In this document: positions 9,901-21,125 of the stretch, one piece after another
Layout of the letters: each line of letters begins with the position of its first letter
Numbering within the stretch: position 1 is the stretch's first letter
NCBI GenBank assembly: GCA_949358305.1
Contig: OX442314.1
Span: 15,314,001-15,378,000 of the forward strand
DNA: 64,000 bases
Direction: 5' to 3'
From: Strigamia acuminata
Lineage: Eukaryota
Program-made: the position numbers and the translations under genes
Notes under the pieces: model-generated
What the model saw: the letters and a program-made list of their open reading frames with translations, nothing else
The model's database searches: none
What the model was told of the DNA's origin: nothing

Positions 9901-12797
9901 CAGATAATGCTGTACAGGCAGTTTATGTCAATTTTTTTCATCAAAGAGGAGGAGTGGGGTGGGGAAGAATAAAGTAAACTAGTTTAATCTCGAATGTATA
10001 CAGGTGAATAAATAAATAAGATTGGAATGAAAAATGCAGGGGGAAAAAGGAGAAAATTTATTTTTCATCAGCACTTAATAAATGTCAGTTTGGATATTGC
10101 AATTTATTCCGAGATTTTTTTTTTTATTCTGAATAAACCAGAATTGAATTACATGTCATTTTTTTCTTCCTTTTTTATTGCACCCTCTAATTAAGAGCAA
10201 TTTAATTTCAGTCTAGTTATTGACTCCACCCTGCTTGATTTAGAAGAAATGTAACGAATGCGAGTGTTTGTCAGAATTTGCGGTTTCTTTTTCTCAAATA
10301 ATTTAATAATAATAATAATAAAATAATATATGGTATCGATTATTTGGGCGGATAAGTAGTCAAGTAACGATTGAATTTTCAGATTAATCAATTGCGGAAA
10401 CGCGATTTATTATTGAAATTTAATAAATTCACGTTTTATATAAGAGATTTTTGTTATGGGGAAGGTGTGTTGATGATCGATTTTCTTTTTTTTTTTAAGT
10501 TGGGATTGATTGGTTGCTCTTTTGAGGCGGTATTAGCAAATGATGGGAGTAATAAACCAATATAAGGCTCATCATTTTGCACTTGAAACCGGAGGGTTGG
10601 ATGACGCACAACAGGAAAGCAATTTTAAAATTAGGTCTGGGAAAATTTAATTGAGCAATCAGTAATGAATATGGGTGAACCACGGTTTTGAATCTGTTGA
10701 GTTGGTTGTCTGTTGCTGTTGGTGCTCCCTGGAGTAGAGAATATGAGCTTTTGGTAATTTATTGATATTGATTTATCGCTGTTATTTTATAAAATTGTAT
10801 TTATTATTTAGTGTTGTTGTTGTTTGATAGTTTATTTTTTTTATATTTTGCGCAGTTGTTAGAACTGTTCGACAGTGAAGACCCAAGAGAACGTGATTTT
10901 CTAAAAACTGTACTACACAGGATTTATGGAAAGTTTCTTGGTCTCAGAGCTTTTATTCGAAAGCAAATTAACAACATATTTCTAAGGTATTTCTTTTTAG
11001 TACCGTATTAGAAGCGCGCGCGCTGCAAATTCGGGGCGCTTTAAATGTTTCAAATTAATAATAATTCTAAGTTGTTGTTAAAAATTAAGTAAATTTAATA
11101 ATAAATTTAGTAATAAATAAGTAGATTTAAAATGTTAATTTTGATATAATTTTGAAGAAAAAAATTTTAAAAACGTTACACTACCCGTTAAGGGTGCGCT
11201 TCTAATGCGGGGCGATTATAATCCAAGAAATACGGTAAGTTTATTGTATTGTATGTAGAAAAATATATGTTAACAGGTTTATTTATGAGACGGAACATTT
11301 CAACGGTGTTGGAGAGTTACTCGAAATTTTGGGCAGGTAAAGCGTAGCGCATTTAGAAGCAAGGCGTTTATTCATTTGGTTGTCATTTTTTTGCAGCATA
11401 ATTAATGGTTTTGCATTGCCACTCAAAGCCGAACACAAGCAATTTCTTATAAAGGTCCTTATTCCCCTCCATAAAGTAAAATGCCTAAGTTTATATCATG
11501 CACAGGTAAGAAAGAATTGTTATTTATTGTTACGAGTGTTTATTTTAATTATTTTTGCAGTTGGCCTATTGTGTAGTACAGTTTTTGGAGAAAGATGCAA
11601 CATTAACAGAACCTGTGAGCTGGATAATTATATTGCAGTCAATTATTAATTAATCGTTACTTATTGTGCGTTAACTTTGTAGGTTATCAAAGGTTTACTC
11701 AAGTATTGGCCAAAAACTTGCAGCCAAAAAGAAGTAAAGTTAATTAACTGAATTAGTAGAAATGAATTGGATGTAATTGGAGTTCTGGTGCACGTGTTTT
11801 TTTAGGTTATGTTTTTAGGTGAAATTGAAGAAATTTTAGATGTGATTGAACCGTCACAATTTGTAAAAATTCAGGAGCATCTCTTCAAACAAATTGCAAA
11901 ATGTGTTTCAAGTCCACATTTTCAGGTAGAATAAAGCGCACCGGTATGTTTTTTTTTTTTAATGGGGTTTAAATGTTGTGTTTTTGTCACTGCAGGTAGC
12001 AGAGAGAGCTCTATATTTCTGGAATAATGAATATATTATGAGTTTGATAGAAGAAAATTCAAATACGATCCTTCCAATTATGTTTCCTGCTCTGTATCGC
12101 ATTTCAAAGGAACATTGGAATCAGACTATCGTAGCTCTAGTCTACAATGTGTTGAAAACGTTTATGGAAATGAATAGTAAACTTTTTGACGAGTTGACGG
12201 CATCGTACAAAGCTGAGAGACAAAAGTGAGTATTACAAGTAGTAGGCAAAAGAAAAGTGACTAATGTGTGGAAAAGAGCCGATTAATGTTATCCTTATAA
12301 TCTGCATGCAACTTGCAACTGTTAAAAAGAAATGATTATACTAAACCGTTTTTTCTTCAGAAGTACTGCCAAGCCCATGTGAGCAGAAAGGCTATGGAAA
12401 GCAGTTACTATACGAGTTTATTATATTATTTTGTAATAGGTTTTGTAATAGTTGTAGTCAGATTCAAGTGATAACGCGGCAGTGTTGTTGTTGTATTTGG
12501 CTTATTGTTTTTTTTTATGTGCATACTGGTAAATGATATTCCATGTAATTAATGGTTCCTAAATTAATCAATTTTAAAGTTAACGCAATTGGAAATATGG
12601 ATTTGAAAGAAAAATAAAAGCCAGATTTCAATATTTGAATTCTTATATACTGTGGACTTTATTAAACTAGGGAGAAGAAACGTGAGAAGGAACGTGATGA
12701 ACTGTGGAAGAAATTATCACAATTGGAATTGAATCATAAATCAAAGTTAGACAACAACAACCCCAGCTCATCTTCAAACACATACCAAGTGGAGTGA
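6928..12797 (+). CDS. wdb: PP2A regulatory subunit B' (B56), widerborst/PPP2R5 alpha-epsilon type, ~470 aa; join(6928..7066,8691..8887,8952..9053,9116..9208,10856..10986,11277..11336,11397..11505,11561..11614,11683..11733,11806..11925,11996..12225,12671..12797)
   Basis: [92 protein letters not shown]. Twelve GT-AG-joined exons in frame (1413 nt). Confidence 0.96.
11001..11237. mobile_element. MITE-like remnant (TA-CCGTA...TACGG-TA ends, Tc1/mariner/pogo-type) in wdb intron 5
   Basis: Left end TACCGTATTAGAAGCGC. Right end GCGCTTCTAATGCGGGGCGATTATAATCCAAGAAATACGGTA. TA at both ends and an AT-rich core. Confidence 0.6.
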
Positions 12798-15745
12798 GTT
12801 TGAGGCTGACGGCGTGGGAAAGTAGCGGAACAATTTTGGGACAAACGCAATAGCTAATCCCACCATCGTGCATCTTTCTCTTTCACTTAAATGTGACATG
12901 AGGGAGGGAAAAGAAAAGAAAAGTGTGTTAAGTACGGATTAGAAAATGAATTCGCTCGTATTGCGCGAACTCAAGTGTGTTCACCATTAGGAGCAATTGA
13001 TGTGACATTTACGAACGGCAGCAGTCCTTAGTCCAGCCTAACCAACTTTTATTAATAAGATCGATTTAATTAATTAATTTTCCCCTATTTTATTTCCGAT
13101 TTTTTTTTGTCACTGCTCATTTCTTTTTCGTTTTTGTGTTGCTTAAATAATAGAAAACATGGTCCATGTTTAATAGTGAATTTCGAGGTATTGTATCAAC
13201 CAAAAGTAAAAGAACGGAAATTAAAAAAATTAAATATCTCATATTTGATATTTAATCTTTTTTTTTAAAAAATGATTAGGCTAGTCATGTTCTTGAATTT
13301 TTTTATTTTATTTTTTAAGTTTAATACCTCAGTTAGTGAAGTTGTTTAGTTTAGTGTACTTGTTTTTAGTCTGTTGAGCCAGTGCAATGACATGTACAGT
13401 GATTTTCTTCTTTTTTTTAATGAAATGTCTTAAATAGACATTGAAATGATGATTGAATGATAGTTTTAAGTAGGAATATCTAAGTTTGTAATTTGCACTT
13501 TTTGAAAAATTAATAAATAATAGATCGGACAACTACAATTAAGTATTTGAATAAGATTTGGTTAGAAATTTTTAATGAGATATGTAGTTTATTTAATTAT
13601 TACACAAATAAAATAAATTCTAAAAAGTAAAATGTTGTTTTTCTCTGATCTAAACTTTGAATTAAAGCACGCAAATTATGAACTTTTAATTGATTAATTG
13701 ATAATGCGATATTTTTTTTAGGGTACATATCAATCATTTTGAGAGATTTCAGTTTATTTGAAAACAATGTTTGCGTAAATTATCAGTTTTGTGTTGCGAT
13801 CGAAAAATTGAATAAATTTGTGTCCTTGCTCTGCCGCTTTTTTTGTTTTTCGTTTTTTTGTTTTTCGTTTTTCTTGGCTTTTATTACCGTTATAAGATAC
13901 ATAACAATATTATTAAGCATTATAAATAATACTCAACAAATGAATAATTTTTTTTTAAATTAAATTACATCTTTCTTTTGCATGCATCAAATGATTACAT
14001 TCTGATAATTTTATATCTGATTTTGGTTTTACTACTAATTATTATAACTATTATTAATTGTTTTATTTGATTTGTGTACATGTAACCACTTTTTTTTAAA
14101 TTTTAAAACAAAAAAAAATAATTCTCTGGTGTAGCATGACAATTTTGGCTCGTTTTGTTTAAATATAAATACAAAATAATAATTGAATTATCAGGATAGT
14201 TCGAGTAACTAGTCAAGACAAATTTGTGTTTGACATACAAGCTGCCCAAGTCTTTTTTTTTATTGGTTGATTTTTAAGAGGTCATTGAATCTTCTCAGGT
14301 AAAAATATTTAAAAAATAATAAATTTAAAAAAAAAAAATTGGATAAAGTTTAGGTGCCATGTGAAACAATTGTCACGCTTTTATCAATTTTTCCTCTCAG
14401 CTTTTTAGTGTTTAATAAGAAAAAAGGAATTTTAAACATTTTTTATGCAGAAATGTAGTTTGAGTATTTTTCTGCCTCGAAAATGTTTTTATACGTGATT
14501 CTCCAAACATTTAAAAACTTTTGTAGAGTTCTAACTACAACTACAATGAATATCCATGCCGATTTTATTTGAAAATAATTATTTTTGACTTTTATATCAA
14601 TTTGAAATTCTGAAAAAGATTTTGGACAGAAAATACTGAGTGGAATTTTGCTATGGGCATTGTACAGTTTCAGAAACTTGTGTAAATATGCATACAATTA
14701 CTAAATATTATGCCATCTAGTCTTCGTAACAGGCCAAGTGGTAACTCTGTATTATATACTTTCCTTTCTGTTGCCTACAATTTCAGTGTTGTGCCATTTT
14801 ATTTTCTTTGGTTCCAATCATTTTGAAGTGATTCTTGGACATTGATGCAATTATTTTGGTCCTATAGAATGAAAATGTTTTCCTTTAACAAGTGATTTTG
14901 ATATTGATCATATTAGTTTTCTGTTGAAACAAATTTCCTTAGTTTAGTTACTTGATTTTGTTAGTGACTGTATTTTTTTTAAATGAACAAAATTTGCGTC
15001 AAAAAAAGTTTGAGCAGTGCTGGAATTATTATTTAATTTTTTCTTTTAAACATGGACAAAGTATTTTTCTGCTGCAGTGAAAAGAAAATGGTGGACGAAT
15101 GCTCAATATGTTTTGATTGGACATAGAGTAGCATCTCGTTGATATCAAGAACCAAAAAAAAAAAAAAATTAAAAAAAAAAATTAAAAAAAACGCTTTTGT
15201 GAATGTTTGATTACAGTAGTAAGCAAAGAAATTAAATTAATTTAACAAAAGATTCCTAGGTATAAAACAATTACATGGTATTGATGGTATTTTGTGTCCT
15301 CACATGTCGATTGTAATGTAATGTATATAAAGACTACTTAATTCTCTGTAAACCGGCTTTTCTTTTATCATCTTTTGCAAACAGCTTTTATTTGTAGACA
15401 AAAGAAACATGCATTATAATTTCAAGTAGTAATTAATAACAAATAAAAAAAACGGTATTTGTCAAGTTTAATATAATCACAATATGTTATAGGTATATTT
15501 ACAGTTCATAGAAAAATTATGGTAATAAAAATTGCTGTTTTCCCTCAAGGAATTGTTTATAATATAAAAGGCTAAGTCTTTTATTTATAAAGGAACAATG
15601 TTGCTAACAATAATATCAAATAAATTAATTTCAAAATTTAATTATCTCTAACATCGGCACTAAAAATTTATATTCGAGTTGAGTACTTGAGTATCGATTT
15701 TTATTTTTATTTTTATTGCTGCGCATGTGCGTGTCAACAAAAGAT

Positions 15746-18467
15746 ATGGCGACATTGATTAAAAACAAAAGCAATGTCGGAAGTGGTTCAGAAAATTCGG
15801 ATGATAGTGACGAAGACGAAACTGGTGATTCAAATTTAGTGGTTAGTGGACAGGAGGAAGAAGAAGCGGACGAAATTTCAGAGTCTGAAAATGAAAAGTA
15901 ATTTTTATTTTTGTATTGTAAGATAAAGTATTTAGCACTAATTTTCTTATTTTTTTATATTTTCAAAGTGATTTATCAGACGATGAAGAGTCCAGTGAAG
16001 AAGAGAGAAATGCCACTTTCGATAATGTATTAATATTAAATTCCCAACAAATAATGTGAAGAGTCAAATTTGGTTTTACAGGGTTTGGTTTGCAAAGCAA
16101 TACATCCGTATAATCCTAGAAAGAAAGGTTATTTGATGTTTGAAAAGGACGAGGAAATGAAAGTCATCGAGAAGTTGTATGATGAGAAAAAATAGATTTA
16201 TGACAATTTTATACATTTATATTTTTATATATAATTTTAGGAATGAAAATTGGATTAAAGTTGAAAATCTGAAACAGGAAGTTGGTATGGTTCCGCTAAA
16301 TTATGTAACATTTTTAAGACAAGGACAAAAAACTTTAGGTGCATGTACAGATCGCTATTTAACGTTATTTTATTAACAACAATAATTTAAACTAATAAAA
16401 TTACCATTCTTTAGAAAATAAAATTTCGGACGCGAGCAGTAAAAGGTATAATTAAATTTCACATTCGACTTTCTCGGTTTTGTTAAATTAAAAAAGAAAA
16501 TAATTCGATTTTTAGCGGGAAAGATTTATGGCAAAATTTAAAATTCGCTGTGAAACAAGTATAAGATAAATAAATCATAATGCCCAACTTACTTTTAACA
16601 TGTTTTAAATATTTCAGTCAACTGCTACAGATGTGCTCAGTGCCTTAGGAGCCATGCCAAGTGGCTTTAGGATATCCACATTACAAACACTGCTAAACGA
16701 AAGTACGACACATCAATATAAATGATTTGATTCGATTATAATATCATTTTTTATAGATTGCAAGTACACCTTGGAATGTGCCCTAGCACCTAAACTGAGT
16801 CCAACCAATCTTGGGTTTTGTGACTTCTCTCTGGATTCAACTAATGAAACAGTCAGATTCCATGATATTTTTAAAAATAAAATAAAAAATATTTGAACTA
16901 TATTGTAGCTGCAAGTTACTGTTGCTAAAGTACAAAGAACTGTACGTCTTGTAGCTTGTAAAAGCATACCTTTACCAGGAGCTGGTAATTTTATTATTAT
17001 TGTTGTTATCAAACTAATTTATTTTTTCATTGTTTTCTTACAGGTGTCGAAGTGCTTTGTCGTCACGTTTACGTATGTTTGTTTGATGGGACTAAAATTA
17101 TTAGCAACATTCATCGCGTTTCAGCAAAATGGGACAGTGAATCGTCTAAGTTGTGGTCGTTTGCAACGAAGAGTATATTTCCAACGCCATCGAACGAAGA
17201 TGCCAACATTTTAATTCGTTCAAGAAATGCGCACGTAAATTTAGGGGTACTTTTTGAAGTATGCATTTCTACGTACAGAGCAGTGAGTTATTTGTTTGTT
17301 TCCAAAATTGAAAATGTAAAATGATTATTTTTAAGAGTTCTGCCGATTACAAAGAAATGAGTTGTGGATGGGTTTTTGTAAAGCTGTTTGATGCGGTTGG
17401 TTTGCAAATTAATAGTGGGTAAGATTCTAATTTGTGTTGACAATATAAAATCTTCAATTAATTGTTGATTACAGGACGTACAATTTGAAATTGCACGGTG
17501 GAAGCCCACACGAACATGGAATCGCAGTTGATTCTTCAATCGTTGCATCAGGTGATGACTTAAGACGAGTAATTGCAGAATATTTAAGTGAATTTTTATA
17601 TTTACTACTACAGATTCGATTAATCCACTGAAAGCAATGGTAACACGGTTTAGACATCCAACACTTGTTGTAAAAATATCACGACCAGAAAGTCAGATTA
17701 AAAATGAAGCAAGGTAAATTGCTCTCGTGGTTTTTCTTATTCGAGCATGTCGGTCTACTTTAACATTTTAGTGTTTTGCCACCAACATTTATCGCAGCTG
17801 TGAGTTTAGTCCAGTTTCTCTGGATTTATAGGCAAATATTAGCTGAAACACTTTTGAAAGACAGAACTGACAATCAAAGTGCAGGTTAAAAGTCTTAAAA
17901 ATTACCCCAGCAATGCGTATTGACATTTTTAAAACAATCCCTTAGAGCTTATTTATTCACCGGTTTTATCACAGTTTCCGACGGTAGCAGCTCAGTCTGA
18001 TATCATGGACATTATGAAGGTATAAAATTCTCTGAAGTTCAAATAACAATATCTATTTGTAATATCTATTGTTTATTTATTAGAATGCATGGTTGGAGCA
18101 ACTGAAGTTAACCAAACGTTCTGAAAAATCAAAACCCGAATATTTAAAACGGCTTTTCACGACTGTTTTTATGGATAATATTTTTATTTACAGTAATATT
18201 TATATACCACCGTATTCTTCAACAAACAATCAAGTTCAACAGGTTATTAATAGTTGCATTATGCATTAGCTTTGGCATTCATGCATATATTTTTTAAATT
18301 TACAGTCACGAAATGAAATAATCAAGAAAGTCCAAGCCATATTAAAGATCAAAGGACCAAGTGGAGGATTTTTATCATCGCAGTTGACCTTCAAACCGTT
18401 TGACAATCGAAAATTAACTTTTGATATTCTTGGATCCCACTGTCGACATGTGATTGACGAAAGTTAA
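15746..18467 (+). CDS. NPHP1: Nephrocystin-1-like: acidic region + SH3 + nephrocystin homology domain; many short exons
   Basis: SH3 (CKAIHPYNPRKKGYLMFEKDE...NWIKVE...GMVPLNYV), then DVLSALGAMPSGFRISTL, VLCRHVYVCLFDGTKIISNIHRVSAKW, LGVLFEV and EMSCGWVFVKLFDA, matching recalled NPHP1 motifs. Stop TAA at 18465-67. Confidence 0.88.
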
Positions 18468-18495
18468 AAATTCTGAAGACTTCCAAGAAGAGAAG

Positions 18496-19654
18496 TCATT
18501 TATAAAGTGTGTGGCAAAAGTCCAAAGCCCAAGAATACGTCAAAAAAATGACAGCATTTGTAGGGAATGCACGTATGGCCATAGCCCAGAATCCGCGACC
18601 GAATATGGTGACGCCGTGATGCCGGAAAGTACTGACAAAACAATGAATCGTGCCTTGGTATTTTGGTTTTGAAGGATTGTCCGCTTGTATACGGGTTTTT
18701 ATTACATCTAGTGGTAAAATACATGTCCAGGATAACAGCCCTAGAATAAAACATTGTTTGAAAAATATATTTCAAAATTTAATTGCAACTTTACCTGCCA
18801 TTCCACCGGCAAACATAATTTCCAACACACTCGGCGGTGTTTGCGATTTTCTAAGAGCTAGGTCATATAAGACCATGTAAATAGCCGAGGCTGGAAGATC
18901 TCTTAAAAAACAATTAACTATTTATCACTGTTTAAACGGATTCCATGTTGAGTAATTTACCTAAGTAATTGTACGAAGAGTCCTTTGTAGCAGCCACGCA
19001 AATTATCTTTTGAATAAACAGATTTAAGGCATTTGATTGGTCCTATATATTGAGATCCGTATTGTTCTGTAAACATAATAACTCATTTTGAATTTTTGTG
19101 TGCTATGTAACCACAGCAATTCGACTTACGAGACTGCAAGCGAGTCTTAATAACTTCTGTTGGTGTTGCAACTGCGAGTTGGGTAAAACCACCCACTATT
19201 CCGGCAAAGAAAACATGATGTATTGGTGGATGATATTCTATTTCATGCCAATTGGTGTGCCCAATAAGTCTTAAAACGGTTCCATATGTTCCAAAAAATA
19301 TACAGTTAATCACACCACTTGTTAGAAAAGGAAATGCCATTCCATTGTAGAAACCTCGAATCTAAAATTATCTAAAATTAATTTTTACAATTTTTAATTA
19401 ATTGTATTAAATTTCCTTACCGTTTCATGCTTGTAAGTGTGAACTATACACTGAGTTGTGCTTTTAGTTGCCCTTGTTTGTAATCTTACCTAAAATATGG
19501 TAGATATCAAGAAAATAAAAATTTGGATATTTACCCGATTTAAAAAAGTTTTTAACATAGAATAAAATGCCTTTATAGTGTCAAATGGATGCCCAACAAG
19601 TAATCCAGCACATCCACCAACCCAACCAGCAATAAAATCAAACGTGTATTCCAT
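18496..19654 (-). CDS. Mitochondrial carrier, SLC25A45/48/29-like
   Basis: MEYTFDFIAGWVGGCAGLLVGHPFDTIK|VRLQ. Three PX[DE]XXKXR motifs (PFDTIKVR, PTEVIKTR, PLDVIKTR); RAFPTNAVIF. Stop TGA at 18498-18496. Confidence 0.9.
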
Positions 19655-20205
19655 CTTGACTGAGTGTCATCTTAAAATTATCTCTCTCAGAGATCTGATA
19701 ACCGATTAAAGAACATATTGGAGCTATTTACGGCAAGATTTTTATTTGTACAACATCCAAATACTGTTAATTTGATAAAAACCAATCGTATTTGTTATTA
19801 CCGTTTTTTTGTTTTAATTTATAATTTTGAAAAAAGCAAACTTTTGGTAAAATACATTTAATTTAAAGCGACATTCAGGGACCCACGATTTTTTTTATTT
19901 ATTATAATACTGACAACAAATTGAGCTATTTGTTGTTCCCACATGGTTCTGCAAAATTTTAATTTATAAGAAATGAATTAATTTCGTCCAGCAAAACTAT
20001 GGTAGGTAGGTAACGAAAGTTACCAACAGATGTCGCAACTCGTTCAATGTAAACCGCGTGGTTCAGGCTGGTACAGGATATAGAGCTGACGCCTGACGAA
20101 AGAGTGGCAATTTCTGGCAAGTTTATGTTAATTGCTATTGTCTGTCGTATCATACAAGTGTCCATTTTCTTCCAAATGTGTTTTCTATAAAATTAAATTA
20201 GAATC
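19655..20205. promoter_or_regulatory. Probable bidirectional promoter region (SLC25 carrier / EXOSC5)
   Basis: Head-to-head start codons about 550 bp apart. Confidence 0.5.
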
Positions 20206-21125
20206 ATGAACGTTTCTTTGCGACCTTACGTTTGCGATTTGAGCAACTTATCTCGTCCCGACGGGTCCGTCGCGTTGTGTCACGGTGAACAATTTAAAAG
20301 TTTATTAAGTTTTGATCTAACAAATTTCTGTTATTATATTTTTCAGGGGACACAGCAGTACAAGCGGCAGTTTACGGTCCTTCCGAAGTAAAAATTCAAA
20401 AAGAAATCGTGGATAAAGCTCATGTTGAGGTTATTTACAAACCTAAAGTCGGTTTACCGGGTAAAATAATAAAACATAATTTACACGTAGCCCTAACATT
20501 GACGTGAAATTTTATTTCTTAAAGGTACTGCTGAGAAATTACGAGAAAACACAATAAAGAACATTTGTGAATCTGCAATTTGGACCGCCTTACATCCAAG
20601 AACGTCTATTTCAATTATTATTCAAGAGTTAGAAGACCACGGCGGGGTATTTCTTGTTTATTGGTAACATTTAAAATGCATTAACGTGTACTTTTTCTCT
20701 ACATAGTTGTTGTCGTGTGCAATAAATGCTGCATGTTTAGTCTTAATCGATTCCGGAATGGAAATGAAGTACTTGTTTAGTTCAGTAACATGCGCCGTAT
20801 TGAACGAGGATATAATTTTACATCCTTCGATTAAACAAGAAAAAGTTCGAAAAAATACTCAAAACGGGTTGAATATTTTGTAAAATAATTTTTTCTCTAT
20901 TTATAGGAAGCAGAAGCAGTTTTCACAGTGACATTTGAGAGTCAATTCGGGCAAATTTTGTCTATTAATAGCAATGGTTTATTAAGTGCTGCGCAAATTC
21001 AAGCCTGTATTGACAATTGCCGAAAAGAAAATGAAGACATTTTAAAGTTTTATCGTCAAACTGTGGACAGAAGATACAGTAAAGAACAAACGGTTCAGAA
21101 CATTGAAGTGAGTAAAGAACATTGA
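20206..21125 (+). CDS. EXOSC5: Exosome complex component RRP46; join(20206..20284,20347..20460,20525..20646,20707..20844,20907..21125)
   Basis: [66 protein letters not shown]. RNase PH-fold motifs; 672 nt in frame. Confidence 0.93.

Noticed and set aside
10195..10256. Possible poison exon in wdb intron 4
   Set aside because: Acceptor-like AGs are present, but the donor is unconvincing and there is no other support.
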